64,000 nt of DNA from Candidatus Omnitrophota bacterium. GTDB lineage: Bacteria; Omnitrophota; Omnitrophia; Omnitrophales; Aquincolibacteriaceae. The stretch is from positions 26,745 to 90,744 of the forward strand of contig JBDRCT010000040.1 of the NCBI GenBank assembly GCA_043821445.1, written 5' to 3'. Position 1 is the stretch's first letter. Each line of letters opens with the position of its first letter. The notes under the pieces are model-generated. The model did no database searches and was not told where the DNA came from. It saw nothing but the letters and a program-made list of their open reading frames with translations. The position numbers and the translations under genes were made by a program. Shown in pieces: positions 10,325 through 20,404 of this stretch.

Positions 10325-11503
10325 ATGAAAACGAAAAAAAAGAAGATCCTGATCGCGTTCGGCACACGGCCGGAGGCGATTAAATTCGCCCCGCTTATCC
10401 GCGCGTTGAACGCGTCGCCGCTTTTTGAATGTTATGTCTGTCTTACAGGACAACACCGTCAAATGGTCGATCAGGTGGTAAAACTTTTCCGTATCAAGAT
10501 CGACGAAGACCTGCGCCTGATGCGGACCAACCAAACGCTCGAATATGTCAGCGGCCGCGTGATCTCTCGTTTCGGAAAGATCATCCGGAGACGGAGCCCG
10601 GATCTTGTTTTCGTGCAAGGGGACACAGCCACCGCACTGATGGTCGGGATCGCGTGTTTCTATGCCCGGAGGCCTTTGGCGCATCTTGAGGCTGGGCTCC
10701 GGACATTCAATAAATTCCAGCCATTTCCCGAAGAGATGAATCGTTCTCTTTTGTCCCATATTGCCGATCTTCATTTCACGCCCACAACGACGCCGACACG
10801 CAATCTTCTGAACGAAGGGATCCCCGATAGCGACATCTACCAAGTAGGGAACACGGTCATCGACACGGTCAAGATGGCGGCTCCTTACATCAAAAACCGG
10901 TATCCTGTCTTTCGCGGTGTGGACCCTAAAAAACGAATGATCTTTGTTACGGCACACCGGCGCGAAAGTTTCGGGGACGGCCTTGAGAATATTTTCCGCG
11001 CGATCAAATCGCTCGCTCAACGGTTCCGCGATGTCGAGATCGTCTATCCCGTGCATTTGAACCCTAACGTTTTTGAACCCGCGCACAAGATCCTCGGCAA
11101 CGTGGAGCGGGTCCATCTGGTACGACCTTTGTCGTATGAGGAGACCTTTTGGGCGTTGCGGCACTGTTTTCTGATCCTGACCGATTCCGGAGGGATCCAG
11201 GAAGAAGCGCCCTCGTTCCGAAAACCCGTTCTTGTCCTTCGAAGGCTTACGGAAAGGATGGAAGGGATCCGGAGCGGTGTTGCCAAACTGGTCGGAACAG
11301 ACACGCATGAGATCCTTGCGGAGGCCAGCAAACTTCTGAACTCCAAACGGGCCTACGCTCAGATGAAATCGTTGACGCGGAACAATCCCTATGGGGACGG
11401 GAAAGCGTGTGAACGCATCGTGACCATTCTTTCCAAGTTTTTATTCCACGCCCCTTTGACTTCGGCCATAAGACGGTCGTTAAAATTCCATGGAAAGGTG
11501 TAA
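10325..11503 (+). CDS. wecB: UDP-N-acetylglucosamine 2-epimerase (non-hydrolysing)
   Basis: KILIAFGTRPEAIKFAPLI ... LTGQHRQM ... HLEAGLRT ... are typical WecB/MnaA motifs. Confidence 0.88.
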   Translation: MKTKKKKILIAFGTRPEAIKFAPLIRALNASPLFECYVCLTGQHRQMVDQVVKLFRIKIDEDLRLMRTNQTLEYVSGRVISRFGKIIRRRSPDLVFVQGDTATALMVGIACFYARRPLAHLEAGLRTFNKFQPFPEEMNRSLLSHIADLHFTPTTTPTRNLLNEGIPDSDIYQVGNTVIDTVKMAAPYIKNRYPVFRGVDPKKRMIFVTAHRRESFGDGLENIFRAIKSLAQRFRDVEIVYPVHLNPNVFEPAHKILGNVERVHLVRPLSYEETFWALRHCFLILTDSGGIQEEAPSFRKPVLVLRRLTERMEGIRSGVAKLVGTDTHEILAEASKLLNSKRAYAQMKSLTRNNPYGDGKACERIVTILSKFLFHAPLTSAIRRSLKFHGKV

Positions 11504-11512
11504 ACTCTTCCA

Positions 11513-12586
11513 ATGAAAATCGCTTTCTACGTTTATCCCACAGCCTTCCAGTCGCCGGGCGGGGGAGAGGTCCTCTTGCTCAAGACCAAAGAATACCTGG
11601 AAAAAGAAGGTGTCTCTGTAAAGCTGTTTGACACCTGGAGCGATCAGCTTACGGATTTTGACATTCTTCATGTTTTTGGATCGGTCAAGGATGCTCTCCC
11701 GATAATGGAAGCCGGAAAGCGCGCCGGGATCAAGATCGTGCTCTCAACCATTTGCTGGTACAGCTGGAAGTCGGCATGGGGGATGAACGGCCCTTTTCAA
11801 GCCCGCGCTGCCACACTCCTGCGTCACGCCGCAAAGGTTTTTATGCCGTTCGTGCCTTCTGCGCGAAAACGCATGATGGACATTTCCGATGTTCTCATAC
11901 CGAATTCCGAAAGCGAAGCCGAACAGCTGCGGCGTTTTTTTGCGATCCCGAAAGAAAAGATCACGGTGATCTTGAACGGAGTCGATCCCGCTTTTGAAAA
12001 TGCGACACCGGATTTTTTTCTGAGCAAATTCAATTTTGGAAAATTTGTTCTATGTGTCGGCCGGATCGAACCACGTAAAAATCAGCTTAACATGGTCCGC
12101 GCACTGTCAAATACTCAGATCCCGTTCGTGATCATCGGAGATCCAGTGAAACACTATCCTCATTATTATCAACAATGCCGCAAAGAAGCGGGTCCAAACA
12201 TTCATTTCCTCGGCGGAATGCCGCACGATTCGGTGCTCTTGCGCTCTGCCTATGCGGCCTGCGACACTTTTCTTCTTGCCAGCTGGCTTGAAACGCCGGG
12301 GCTTGCCGCGCTTGAAGCCGGCCTCGCCGGCGCCAAGATTGTCATCACGCAAGAAGGAGCCGCGCAAGAATACTTTCAAAACTTTGCTTTTTATGTCGAT
12401 CCCGGAAACTTATCCGACATTCTCGGAAAAACTCTAACTGCTGTGAAACGGCCGAAAAACGTTTTGCTTCAAGACCACATTCGGCAAAATTTCCTCTGGG
12501 ATCGCACATCAAAAATCGTCTGTGGTGTTTATGAACAACTGCTTCTTTCCGGCCAGGCCGGAAGAATGGCAGAAGACAAATCATGA
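11513..12586 (+). CDS. GT4 (group-1) glycosyltransferase
   Basis: GRIEPRKNQ ... ETPGLAALEAGLAGAKIV, the E-x7-E GT-B motif region. Confidence 0.8.
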   Translation: MKIAFYVYPTAFQSPGGGEVLLLKTKEYLEKEGVSVKLFDTWSDQLTDFDILHVFGSVKDALPIMEAGKRAGIKIVLSTICWYSWKSAWGMNGPFQARAATLLRHAAKVFMPFVPSARKRMMDISDVLIPNSESEAEQLRRFFAIPKEKITVILNGVDPAFENATPDFFLSKFNFGKFVLCVGRIEPRKNQLNMVRALSNTQIPFVIIGDPVKHYPHYYQQCRKEAGPNIHFLGGMPHDSVLLRSAYAACDTFLLASWLETPGLAALEAGLAGAKIVITQEGAAQEYFQNFAFYVDPGNLSDILGKTLTAVKRPKNVLLQDHIRQNFLWDRTSKIVCGVYEQLLLSGQAGRMAEDKS

Positions 12587-13677
12587 TTAAGAGCTTAGCC
12601 AATATTTTTTTGGCTTTTTTCAGCCTTTTTTTGACTCTTGTACTGGTTGAGCTTGGCCTTCGGTCTTTTGCCCCGCAGATCGTTATCTGCCATATCAATT
12701 GTGAGTGGCGCGCCGATGACCCCGTTTTTGCGTATGTGCCCAAACCCAATTATCATGGCAAAATGGTAGTCAAAAATCAGTTCTATGCCGATCTAACCAC
12801 AAATGCGCAGGGTTTTAGAGGAGAAAAAGATGTTTCCGTGGAAAGAACTCCCGGGGTTCGGCGGTTACTTTTTCTGGGAGATTCGTTCGTTTTTGGCTGG
12901 GGGGTCAATGATTCTGAAACTTTCAGCAGCGTTGTCGAAAGAGAACTGAACGCCGCAGCCACGGATTCTCCCACTGAAGTTATTAATGCCGCCGTTTATG
13001 GTTTCGACATTGTCGAATATTCCGAGATGTTCAACCGTGTCATCAAGTATTCTCCGGACGTTCTTTTCTTGGGATTTACGCTCGAAAACGATTTTAATAT
13101 TAACCCATTAAATAATGAGATTGGCACCCAAGCGATACGGGTTGAAAAGGAGGGCGGTTTAAAATACAAAGTCAGGAATTTTCTAAACAGCCTGCATCTC
13201 GTCGCGCTTCTGCGTGACCGGCTTTATATTAACTTTCCGCGAATAAGAAATTTTATGCTGTTCCTCGGGATCAATAACAAAAGGGATATTTTTCTGGAAG
13301 AATACCCCGAGCCGCTCATGGAAAACGTTCAAAAAACAGAGAAGATCCTGCGCCAAATGAAATCGATCTGTGACCAGAAAGGCATCCGTTTCGTGGTTTT
13401 GATCAACCCCCTTCGAGAACAAATTTATTGCGCTGATGAGATCAACCGATTTCCCGGATATGATATCGAAAAGCCCAACAAAACATTAAAGGCGGTCCTG
13501 GATCGGAATAAGATAGAATACGTCGATCTTCTGCCGCCGCTTCTTTTGGAAAGCAAAACAACGAAGAATCGTCTTTATTTTGATATTGATCCTCATTGGA
13601 CAAGATATGGACACGAAGTGGTTGCGCAGCAAATAGTCGCGCTTCTAAGCAAGCCCGAACAACACAAGGTGTTATGA
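12583..13677 (+). CDS. SGNH/GDSL hydrolase-family protein with N-terminal TM anchor (putative glycan O-acyl esterase/transferase)
   Basis: LFLGDSFVFGWGV block-I GDS motif. N-terminal hydrophobic helix. ATGA overlap with the upstream gene. Confidence 0.55.
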   Translation: MIKSLANIFLAFFSLFLTLVLVELGLRSFAPQIVICHINCEWRADDPVFAYVPKPNYHGKMVVKNQFYADLTTNAQGFRGEKDVSVERTPGVRRLLFLGDSFVFGWGVNDSETFSSVVERELNAAATDSPTEVINAAVYGFDIVEYSEMFNRVIKYSPDVLFLGFTLENDFNINPLNNEIGTQAIRVEKEGGLKYKVRNFLNSLHLVALLRDRLYINFPRIRNFMLFLGINNKRDIFLEEYPEPLMENVQKTEKILRQMKSICDQKGIRFVVLINPLREQIYCADEINRFPGYDIEKPNKTLKAVLDRNKIEYVDLLPPLLLESKTTKNRLYFDIDPHWTRYGHEVVAQQIVALLSKPEQHKVL

Positions 13678-14480
13678 TCGAATCTTTGAAAGAACTGAAC
13701 AGGATCTGTCAGAAGCCTGACTACAAGACGCAAGGGAACTGGTATGTCCGGACGATCCTCAGGGATGCCGCTTTGCCCATGACCTGGCTCTTACTCCATA
13801 CCGGCGTGACTGCGAATCAGGTGACCCTGACCTCGCTTGCCGTGAGCCTCGCGGGCATGATCTTTCTGTCGATCCCCGGAACGAGTGCGTTCTTAGCAGG
13901 GGTTGTGCTTTTACAGCTGTGGTATTATCTGGATCATGTGGACGGACAGATCGCGCGCTATCGGAAGACTGATTGTCTCACAGGCCGGTTCCTGGATTTT
14001 CTGACTCATCATATTGTTCACACCGCTCTCTTTTTTGCTTTAGGTTTTCATGTTTTTCAAGTGACAGGATCAGCATTATTCGCTCTGTGGGGGTTCGTGA
14101 ACTCTCTGGCGATCCTGGTCTTCAATATTGCCCATGATGTTAAATATAAGACTTTTTTTGAAGCCATTGCAAAGCAGCGAACAGTGACGTTAACGATCCA
14201 AGAAGAGACCGGGTCGTGCAAGGTTTCCGGAGAACCGGCCTCCTTAAAACGGCGTTTATTTTCCCTTGCTCACAAACTCTGTGAGATTCATGTCATGATG
14301 AACATTCTTACGTTGGGCGCCGTAGTTCAAATATTTGTTAGTGTTTTCGATATCCGGACCGTTCTCTTCCTGATCTATGGTTTTCTCGCTCCCGCAATTT
14401 CGATCATAAAGGTGGCTTACATCCTCAAGACCCGAAAGATCGATCATGAATACCGGGAAATATTTTGCCAAAAAACTTGA
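13674..14480 (+). CDS. polytopic membrane protein, CDP-alcohol phosphatidyltransferase-like
   Basis: DHVDGQIARYRKTDCLTGRFLDFL resembles the D-G-x2-A-R-x8-G-x3-D signature. Multiple TM helices. ATG 13674 overlaps the upstream stop (ATGA). Confidence 0.45.
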   Translation: MIESLKELNRICQKPDYKTQGNWYVRTILRDAALPMTWLLLHTGVTANQVTLTSLAVSLAGMIFLSIPGTSAFLAGVVLLQLWYYLDHVDGQIARYRKTDCLTGRFLDFLTHHIVHTALFFALGFHVFQVTGSALFALWGFVNSLAILVFNIAHDVKYKTFFEAIAKQRTVTLTIQEETGSCKVSGEPASLKRRLFSLAHKLCEIHVMMNILTLGAVVQIFVSVFDIRTVLFLIYGFLAPAISIIKVAYILKTRKIDHEYREIFCQKT

Positions 14481-16486
14481 AGGCCGCCATTCCCCCCCCC
14501 ACTTCTGGAAATTCTTTCCCGGTACTGTCAGCCCATCGGAGTGGCCTCCTCGCGGGTTTTCTGTTCGTGATGCTCGCCTGGCAATGTTTTTATTCGGCCT
14601 GGACCCAGGGACAGACAACCGATGAAGCTTTTTTTGCGCCAAGCGGATATTCCATTGTCCGGTACAATAACTACGAGTTTTTAGGCGAACATCCGCCCTT
14701 GATTTTGCAGCTAGGAGCTTTGCCGCTTTTGGCGATACAGCCGAAATTCCCGATCAAAGATCCGCTCTACGTTCCCGGGACGGACAGGCTTGATCTCACG
14801 CAGAACGGCCTTCGATTTCTTTACAAAATGGGGAATGATCCCGACTTGATACTGTTCCTTCAACGAATTCCTATCGTTCTGTTGACGGTTCTTCTCGGTG
14901 TGGGCGTTTTTCTTTTTACCAGGGAGCTTTGGGGGGATTGGGGAGGGCTGCTTTCGCTGGCTCTTTTTTCGTTCTCTCCGAATATGATCGCCCATGGAAG
15001 TCTCTACACTACCGATCTGGGACTGACAGCCTTCTATTTCTTTGTGATCTACGCATTCAAACGTTTTTCTGACTCGCCTTCAGACCGTCGTGTTGCCTGG
15101 CTCGGACTAGCCTGCGGTGCCGCTTTGATGACAAAGATCAGCAGTCTGATTCTTTTACCGGTCCTTTCCAGTTTGTTTTTGGTCTACTATTTTACGGAGG
15201 CCCGGCAGACCCTTATCGAGGCGCCTTCATTATCTTTTGAAAAATGGATCCTCGGAATCGCGCTTTTCCTGATCGCGAACGCGATCGGAGAGAGGCAAGC
15301 AATGGTTCTCTTCGGACCATTTCTTGTTTTTGCGGCCTATCTTTGCGCCCGTGATATCGAAAAACTCCGGAATTCACGGGCTCTCAGAATTGCACTCAAA
15401 GGGGCGGCCCTTGCCGGAGCTATCCTCTGTGTCGTTTACTCCATACGACTCAAAAAGAAATATGGGATTTCAGCCGCGTCCATTTTAGCCGCCGGGAATC
15501 TCGTGGCGCTTGGTGCCGCTGTCTTATTGGCCCGGCTCTCTACGGAGGATGTCAGGATACGTGTTTTGAAATATTTTCTTGCGATCTGGGTTTTGGCCGC
15601 GCTGGTGATCGTTCTCGGATACACCGATTTTCTTTACAAATTCTACCGTTTCATCGGCTTTGGCAATTACATGAAGCCACTCGGGATCGTTCTGTCGCAT
15701 TCGAAAGGCGGGCATGGGGCCTGCGTTGAAGGCTCGTTCATCACTTGTGATTGGCGATATTTCCCTGGCGTGATGGCGATTAAAACTCCGTTACTGACAT
15801 TGGTTTTAACGGTTATCGGGGCCATGGGGCTGCTCTTCTCCAAACGTTCCATCCTGACTAAGTCCCTAGTCTTTGTTCCGCTTGTTTTTTTTCTCGCCGC
15901 AGCCATGCTGAACAAGATCCATATCGGTCTACGGCATATTCTTCCCGTGTTCCCGTTCTTTTTTCTTCTTGCCGGATATGCCGGGTATCTTATCGGCAAG
16001 ATCAAACCGAAGTTCTTTAGAAATGCCGTGGCAGTGTTTTTGACGCTCCTGGTCATTCTATCTGCCGGCCGGAGCCTGGCCGGTGGGCCAGACCATCTCG
16101 CTTATTTTAACGAGCTTACCGGCGGACCCGAACAGGGGGCCAAGCTGGTCGCGGATTCGAATCTAAACTGGGGACAGGACAATAAGCGTCTTGCCGAGTT
16201 TGTCCTTGAAAAGAAGATCCGTTTTATTAAGATCATGGCCGAGGCAATGAACACGGATGTGTACAGCTACTATAAAATCCCGTGGAAGATGCTCGAGCCG
16301 GGCGATCTTATAGATCCAGCTCCTGGATTTTACGCTCTCGGCATCGGCTGTTACACTCAGCAGCAGAACGATCCACGTTCGTGGTTCAAAGGAAAGCAGC
16401 CCAAATACCGGGCCGGGAAGACGTTTTATGCGTTTGAGGTGCCGAATAAACCGACCCTGGACAACCGACTACAGGCCACAGACTGA
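14465..16486 (+). CDS. GT-C fold membrane glycosyltransferase (ArnT/PMT, GT39/GT83-like)
   Basis: 673 aa with more than 10 TM helices. YTTDLGLTAFYFFVIYAF-type loop. A C9 homopolymer lies in the first 12 codons. Confidence 0.6.
   Translation: MPKNLKAAIPPPTSGNSFPVLSAHRSGLLAGFLFVMLAWQCFYSAWTQGQTTDEAFFAPSGYSIVRYNNYEFLGEHPPLILQLGALPLLAIQPKFPIKDPLYVPGTDRLDLTQNGLRFLYKMGNDPDLILFLQRIPIVLLTVLLGVGVFLFTRELWGDWGGLLSLALFSFSPNMIAHGSLYTTDLGLTAFYFFVIYAFKRFSDSPSDRRVAWLGLACGAALMTKISSLILLPVLSSLFLVYYFTEARQTLIEAPSLSFEKWILGIALFLIANAIGERQAMVLFGPFLVFAAYLCARDIEKLRNSRALRIALKGAALAGAILCVVYSIRLKKKYGISAASILAAGNLVALGAAVLLARLSTEDVRIRVLKYFLAIWVLAALVIVLGYTDFLYKFYRFIGFGNYMKPLGIVLSHSKGGHGACVEGSFITCDWRYFPGVMAIKTPLLTLVLTVIGAMGLLFSKRSILTKSLVFVPLVFFLAAAMLNKIHIGLRHILPVFPFFFLLAGYAGYLIGKIKPKFFRNAVAVFLTLLVILSAGRSLAGGPDHLAYFNELTGGPEQGAKLVADSNLNWGQDNKRLAEFVLEKKIRFIKIMAEAMNTDVYSYYKIPWKMLEPGDLIDPAPGFYALGIGCYTQQQNDPRSWFKGKQPKYRAGKTFYAFEVPNKPTLDNRLQATD
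14492..14500 (+). repeat. C9 homopolymeric tract within the first codons (PPP) of the GT-C glycosyltransferase gene
   Basis: The sequence attCCCCCCCCCact is read directly; it lies 12 nt after the upstream gene's stop. Confidence 0.9.
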
Positions 16487-16491
16487 CAACC

Positions 16492-18186
16492 ATGAAATCT
16501 ATCGAAAAGAGTTCGCTGGTATCTTGGCTTATAAATAGCACACTTTTGTTGGCGGGCCTGGCAGCCATTTTCTTCCTGCTAACCAGCGGCGTTCTGTTTG
16601 TTCAGGCGGGGTGGATCCACGAGCTTGGGAAAAAAGGGCGGTATGTCCGCCTTATGGGAATTTCGGTTTCCGTTTTTGCCGTGCTTATGTTCCTGGCGCG
16701 ATGGAAGTTCCGGAATATCTTCGATGGATGCTGTTGGGTCAAGTGGTGGCAGGGCGTCTGCCGTATCCCTTTTCGGTACACGGCGATGGACTTGTTTGTT
16801 ATCTACGCGGCTATGATGGCGGGGGTGGGGTTTGAACGGCAGCTGGCGCTTGAAACGCGGGCGTTTGACCTCGGGCTCTTCGCGCAGGCGGTCTGGAATA
16901 CACTTCAGGGAGATTTTCTTTTTTGTTCCATCAAAGAAAATATCAACTTGTTGGGCGATCACGTCAGTCCGATCCTGCTGGCAACGGTCCCATTCTATGC
17001 GATCTGGCCCGATCCGTGCATGCTTGTCTTACTACAGGCACTTGCGGCCGCAAGCTCCTTCTTTCCCCTGGCCCTGATCGTGCGGGACAAGCTCAAAGAC
17101 CGTTCGCTTGTTCTGATCTTTCTTCTGATGTTTTTTTTCTTCCAGCCCATGCGCGCCGCACTTCACGAAGATTTTCATCCTGAAGTCCTGGCGGAGCCCT
17201 TTTTATGGTGGGCATTCTTTTTCCTCGACAGGGGAAAAGTTGTCCGGTTTCTGCTTTGTTTGGCTGTCGCGGTCACCGGTAAAGAGAATTTCTTCGGGAT
17301 CGCTTTTATGTTGGGCTTTTATGCTTGCGTTTGGAAGAAAATGCGGTGGACCGGGATCTTGGTGATGACAACCTCGGTCGTGCTTCTTTTGTGGGAGACA
17401 AGATGGCTTGTGCCGCATCTTTCCGGCGCCGTTTATTTCTACGGAGGGAATTACAGCCGGATGTTGGCCGATCCCGTTCATGGGATATTTCTGAGACTGT
17501 TGAGTTTTGAATCGTTAGAGTACCTATTTAAGATCTTTGTTCCCTTCCTCTTTCTTCCGTTCTTCCATCTCCCGACGCTTTTGCTGACTTTCCCGGTGCT
17601 TTTCCAGAATCTCCTTTCCGGGAACGGGGCTATGCGTTCTTTCAACTACCATTACGTAACGGGGATGACGCCTTTCCTTTTCATTTCAACGATCTATGCC
17701 TTGGCTAGGTTAAGAGACCGGAAAGTGTGGATCGCGAAGCATCTCTCGTGGATCGGTTTTGCGTTGTTATTTGCGAGCGTTCTCCGTTCCGGACCATCCG
17801 AGTATTGGTTTTTCTGGAATATCCACTCACACCGGAGCGCTCACACGGATATGGTAAGGGCGAAGTTGAGAGAGATTCCGCCGAGTGCCCGCATCTTGAC
17901 CCATAATACTTTTGTTCCACAGCTGTGCAACCGCAAATACATTTATCAATTTAATTATAACCCCAAACCGGACAAGATCGATTTCGTTGAAAAATATAAG
18001 ACCGACACTGTGATCTGGGACCGGAATTACTGGGAACCCAACACAGAATCCCTGGAAACTTCGCTCGAACGGTTGCAATCAGCCGGTTTTTCGGTGGAGT
18101 TCGAAAAGGATGGCTTTTATATACTTCGGAAGACCGTAGCACTTGCTCCTATGAGCAAGTACGATGCCGCCACTTTCACGGATTGA
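16492..18186 (+). CDS. large polytopic membrane protein (DUF2079-like; possible GT-C-type transferase)
   Basis: 564 aa, highly hydrophobic with many predicted TM segments and a soluble C-terminal domain. Confidence 0.4.
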   Translation: MKSIEKSSLVSWLINSTLLLAGLAAIFFLLTSGVLFVQAGWIHELGKKGRYVRLMGISVSVFAVLMFLARWKFRNIFDGCCWVKWWQGVCRIPFRYTAMDLFVIYAAMMAGVGFERQLALETRAFDLGLFAQAVWNTLQGDFLFCSIKENINLLGDHVSPILLATVPFYAIWPDPCMLVLLQALAAASSFFPLALIVRDKLKDRSLVLIFLLMFFFFQPMRAALHEDFHPEVLAEPFLWWAFFFLDRGKVVRFLLCLAVAVTGKENFFGIAFMLGFYACVWKKMRWTGILVMTTSVVLLLWETRWLVPHLSGAVYFYGGNYSRMLADPVHGIFLRLLSFESLEYLFKIFVPFLFLPFFHLPTLLLTFPVLFQNLLSGNGAMRSFNYHYVTGMTPFLFISTIYALARLRDRKVWIAKHLSWIGFALLFASVLRSGPSEYWFFWNIHSHRSAHTDMVRAKLREIPPSARILTHNTFVPQLCNRKYIYQFNYNPKPDKIDFVEKYKTDTVIWDRNYWEPNTESLETSLERLQSAGFSVEFEKDGFYILRKTVALAPMSKYDAATFTD

Positions 18187-18307
18187 CGTGTGCGGCATCG
18201 ATCGCAGACCGAAGCCGCCTCTTGGCGAGCCGCGCCTGATTTTCAGGGCGGGACTACAGACCACTGACTACGGTAGACCGATGGGGGAACGGAGGGCGCA
18301 ATGAAGC

Positions 18308-18345
18308 GTACCCTGCAAAGACCCGGTCTTTGCACCACAGACGAT
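18308..18345. repeat. left copy of a ~38-bp direct repeat containing a perfect 10/1/10 palindrome TGCAAAGACC-C-GGTCTTTGCA
   Basis: gtaCCCTGCAAAGACCCGGTCTTTGCACCAcagacgat; palindrome at 18314..18334. Confidence 0.85.
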
Positions 18346-18616
18346 AGTTCACGCGCAAGCGGTTCATCATTCCTGGCCAAAGGATGGGGGTTCATCCTAG
18401 AACAGATCCCCGTTCGCTAATCAACCCTGCTGGATATTATCGCGACACCGAGCAGGACCGATCTAGGCCTTTATGAACTCGGGATTGTATGATGTTCCTT
18501 GTAAATGCTCTTAGAGGACATCTATGGGAAATAGAGTGCAACGCGAGGCAGCACCCTTCGAGAACTCTGACGAGAAATTGTTCTAGCCGACTTTGAGCAG
18601 AAGCCTATTCTGCCTG

Positions 18617-18688
18617 TTGACAATTGACGATGGCATGATAGACTTTCATTGTAAAATAGTTACTCAATAGTAATCCAATGGGTTACTT
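18617..18688 (+). promoter_or_regulatory. putative promoter/operator of AbiEi-1
   Basis: TTGACA at 18617 (TTGACAATTGACG). TAGACT-like -10 at about 18639. GTTACT ... AGTAAT ... GTTACT repeats precede the ATG. Confidence 0.4.
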
Positions 18689-19489
18689 ATGAAGAATATA
18701 AATACATTCAGCGGTTTGGGCCCCAAGGAGGCGGAATTCGTAGCTCGTCTTTCCTATGAAAAAAAGACCATCGTCACGGCGGATGAAATAGACAAATTTC
18801 TTCCGGCCGACTTCAAGTATCGCAGGCAATTTGTTTATACTCTGAAACAGAAGCGGGTACTCACACCCATCAAAGGCGGGGTGTATATTTTTACGCCGCT
18901 TGACTCGATCGCCACGGGAACACGCGTTCATGAGTTCCTGATCCCCGCCGTCTTTCTTCCGCGTGGGAACTATTACCTCGGATACTCGGTGATGTTCAAC
19001 TATTACGGGTTCACCGAACAGATCTTCCAGACGGTCTATGTGATCAATACGTCCCTGTGCAAAGAAAAGATGGTGTGCGGCATCGCGTATAAATTCGTTA
19101 AAGTCCCGGAAAAACGCATGTATGGGATCGAGAAGATCACGGTCCAGGGCGTGACCGTCCCCGTCAGTTCGAAGGAAAGGACTTTGGTGGATCTCATTTA
19201 TTTCAATAAACCGGTTGGCGGAGTTATCCCGGCGGTTCAGATCCTTAAGGACACCGTGAAGCGGAAACAGTGCGATATCGGAAAGCTTGTGGAAATGGCG
19301 TCCCGTTTTCCCAATATTACGGCGCGTAAAAGAATCGGCGTAACGCTTGAAGGGCTTGGTGTCGGATGTGCGGTCCTGAAGCCGCTTATAAAGAGTGTCG
19401 AGAAAACAGCGATCAATTCGCTGGAGGATTCCCGTAAAGGTTCTCTGAACACAACATGGAGGGTCATCGTTGGTGATCCACGAAAATAA
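18689..19489 (+). CDS. AbiEi-family antitoxin / transcriptional regulator
   Basis: About 266 aa with an N-terminal wHTH-like segment. Encoded immediately upstream of, and overlapping, a nucleotidyltransferase AbiEii-like gene. Own TTGACA promoter. Confidence 0.65.
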   Translation: MKNINTFSGLGPKEAEFVARLSYEKKTIVTADEIDKFLPADFKYRRQFVYTLKQKRVLTPIKGGVYIFTPLDSIATGTRVHEFLIPAVFLPRGNYYLGYSVMFNYYGFTEQIFQTVYVINTSLCKEKMVCGIAYKFVKVPEKRMYGIEKITVQGVTVPVSSKERTLVDLIYFNKPVGGVIPAVQILKDTVKRKQCDIGKLVEMASRFPNITARKRIGVTLEGLGVGCAVLKPLIKSVEKTAINSLEDSRKGSLNTTWRVIVGDPRK

Positions 19490-20351
19490 AGACGATTTTC
19501 TGAATGTTCTGAAGCAGACGTCGGCGCAGACCGGGTTCACTCTGTCGCTGATCGAAAAGGACTATTACCTGACGCTTGTTCTATCGCGTCTTCAGGATCT
19601 CAGTTCCAATCTGATCTTCAAGGGCGGGACATGTCTCAATAAGGTCTATTATTCCTATTACCGGCTGAGCGAAGACCTTGACTTCAGCATGCGGCTTCCT
19701 GATGGGAAGGTGACTAAGACCGTGCGGAGCCGGTCCATGAAACCCATCAAGGAGAAGATAGGGGAGTTTGCCGCGCAGTTTGGAATGAAACTCGATACCA
19801 CAAAGAACCCCGGCCGGAACGAATCAAAACAATACGTTTTTGATCTCGCTTATCCTTCTGTAGTACTGCCTCAGGAAGCAAAAATAAGGTTTGAGGTTGG
19901 CCTACGGTTCAACCCGGTTTGCCCGGTTGAAAAACATGAAGTTCAGCATCAATTTACGCATCCTTTTACCGGGGAACGTTTGTTTGACGGCGGTGAGGTG
20001 AATTGCCTGGGCCTCAAAGAGCTGGTCTCCGAAAAGCTGCGTGCTGCCGCTCTCCGTAAAACCATCGCGCCCCGTGATTTTTATGATCTTGATTTCATTC
20101 TACGGAAAAAATTTGACCTCACGGATCGCGAAGTGCTGGAGCTTTTCCGGAAGAAACTCGCGGAAGACGGCGGAGATGCGGATATCACCAGGTACCGGGT
20201 GAATCTTGGAAGACGGCCCGAGGAGATCAAAGACATGAGTGGCAGGATCAAGGAGGAGCTCTTCGAAGTTCTGACCGCTGAAGAGCGCAAGAACTTTGAC
20301 CTTGATACTGCGATCGCACGGCTGAACCAGGCATTTTCCAAGTTGGCGTAA
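19470..20351 (+). CDS. AbiEii/AbiGii-family nucleotidyltransferase toxin
   Basis: IFKGGTCLNKVY ... RLSEDLDFS, the hallmark NTase motif. 293 aa. Confidence 0.8.
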   Translation: MVIHENKDDFLNVLKQTSAQTGFTLSLIEKDYYLTLVLSRLQDLSSNLIFKGGTCLNKVYYSYYRLSEDLDFSMRLPDGKVTKTVRSRSMKPIKEKIGEFAAQFGMKLDTTKNPGRNESKQYVFDLAYPSVVLPQEAKIRFEVGLRFNPVCPVEKHEVQHQFTHPFTGERLFDGGEVNCLGLKELVSEKLRAAALRKTIAPRDFYDLDFILRKKFDLTDREVLELFRKKLAEDGGDADITRYRVNLGRRPEEIKDMSGRIKEELFEVLTAEERKNFDLDTAIARLNQAFSKLA

Positions 20352-20404
20352 TGTCCGGAATATCGAAACATTCGACCTAGGACAAGTGTGGATAATACCG
20401 GACG

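Noticed and set aside
10262-11308. 348-aa ORF on the minus strand
   Set aside because: It is antisense to the wecB-like epimerase gene.
18187-18688. Possible tRNA or ncRNA in the 500-bp GC-rich gap before AbiEi-1 (GGATG...CATCC hairpin, GTTCGCT segment)
   Set aside because: I could not assemble a cloverleaf with acceptor stem, anticodon and T-loop consensus. A degraded tRNA remnant at an integration site remains possible but is unsupported.
18683-19540. 285-aa ORF on the minus strand
   Set aside because: It is antisense to the AbiEi gene. The + strand product has the expected antitoxin/NTase partner arrangement.
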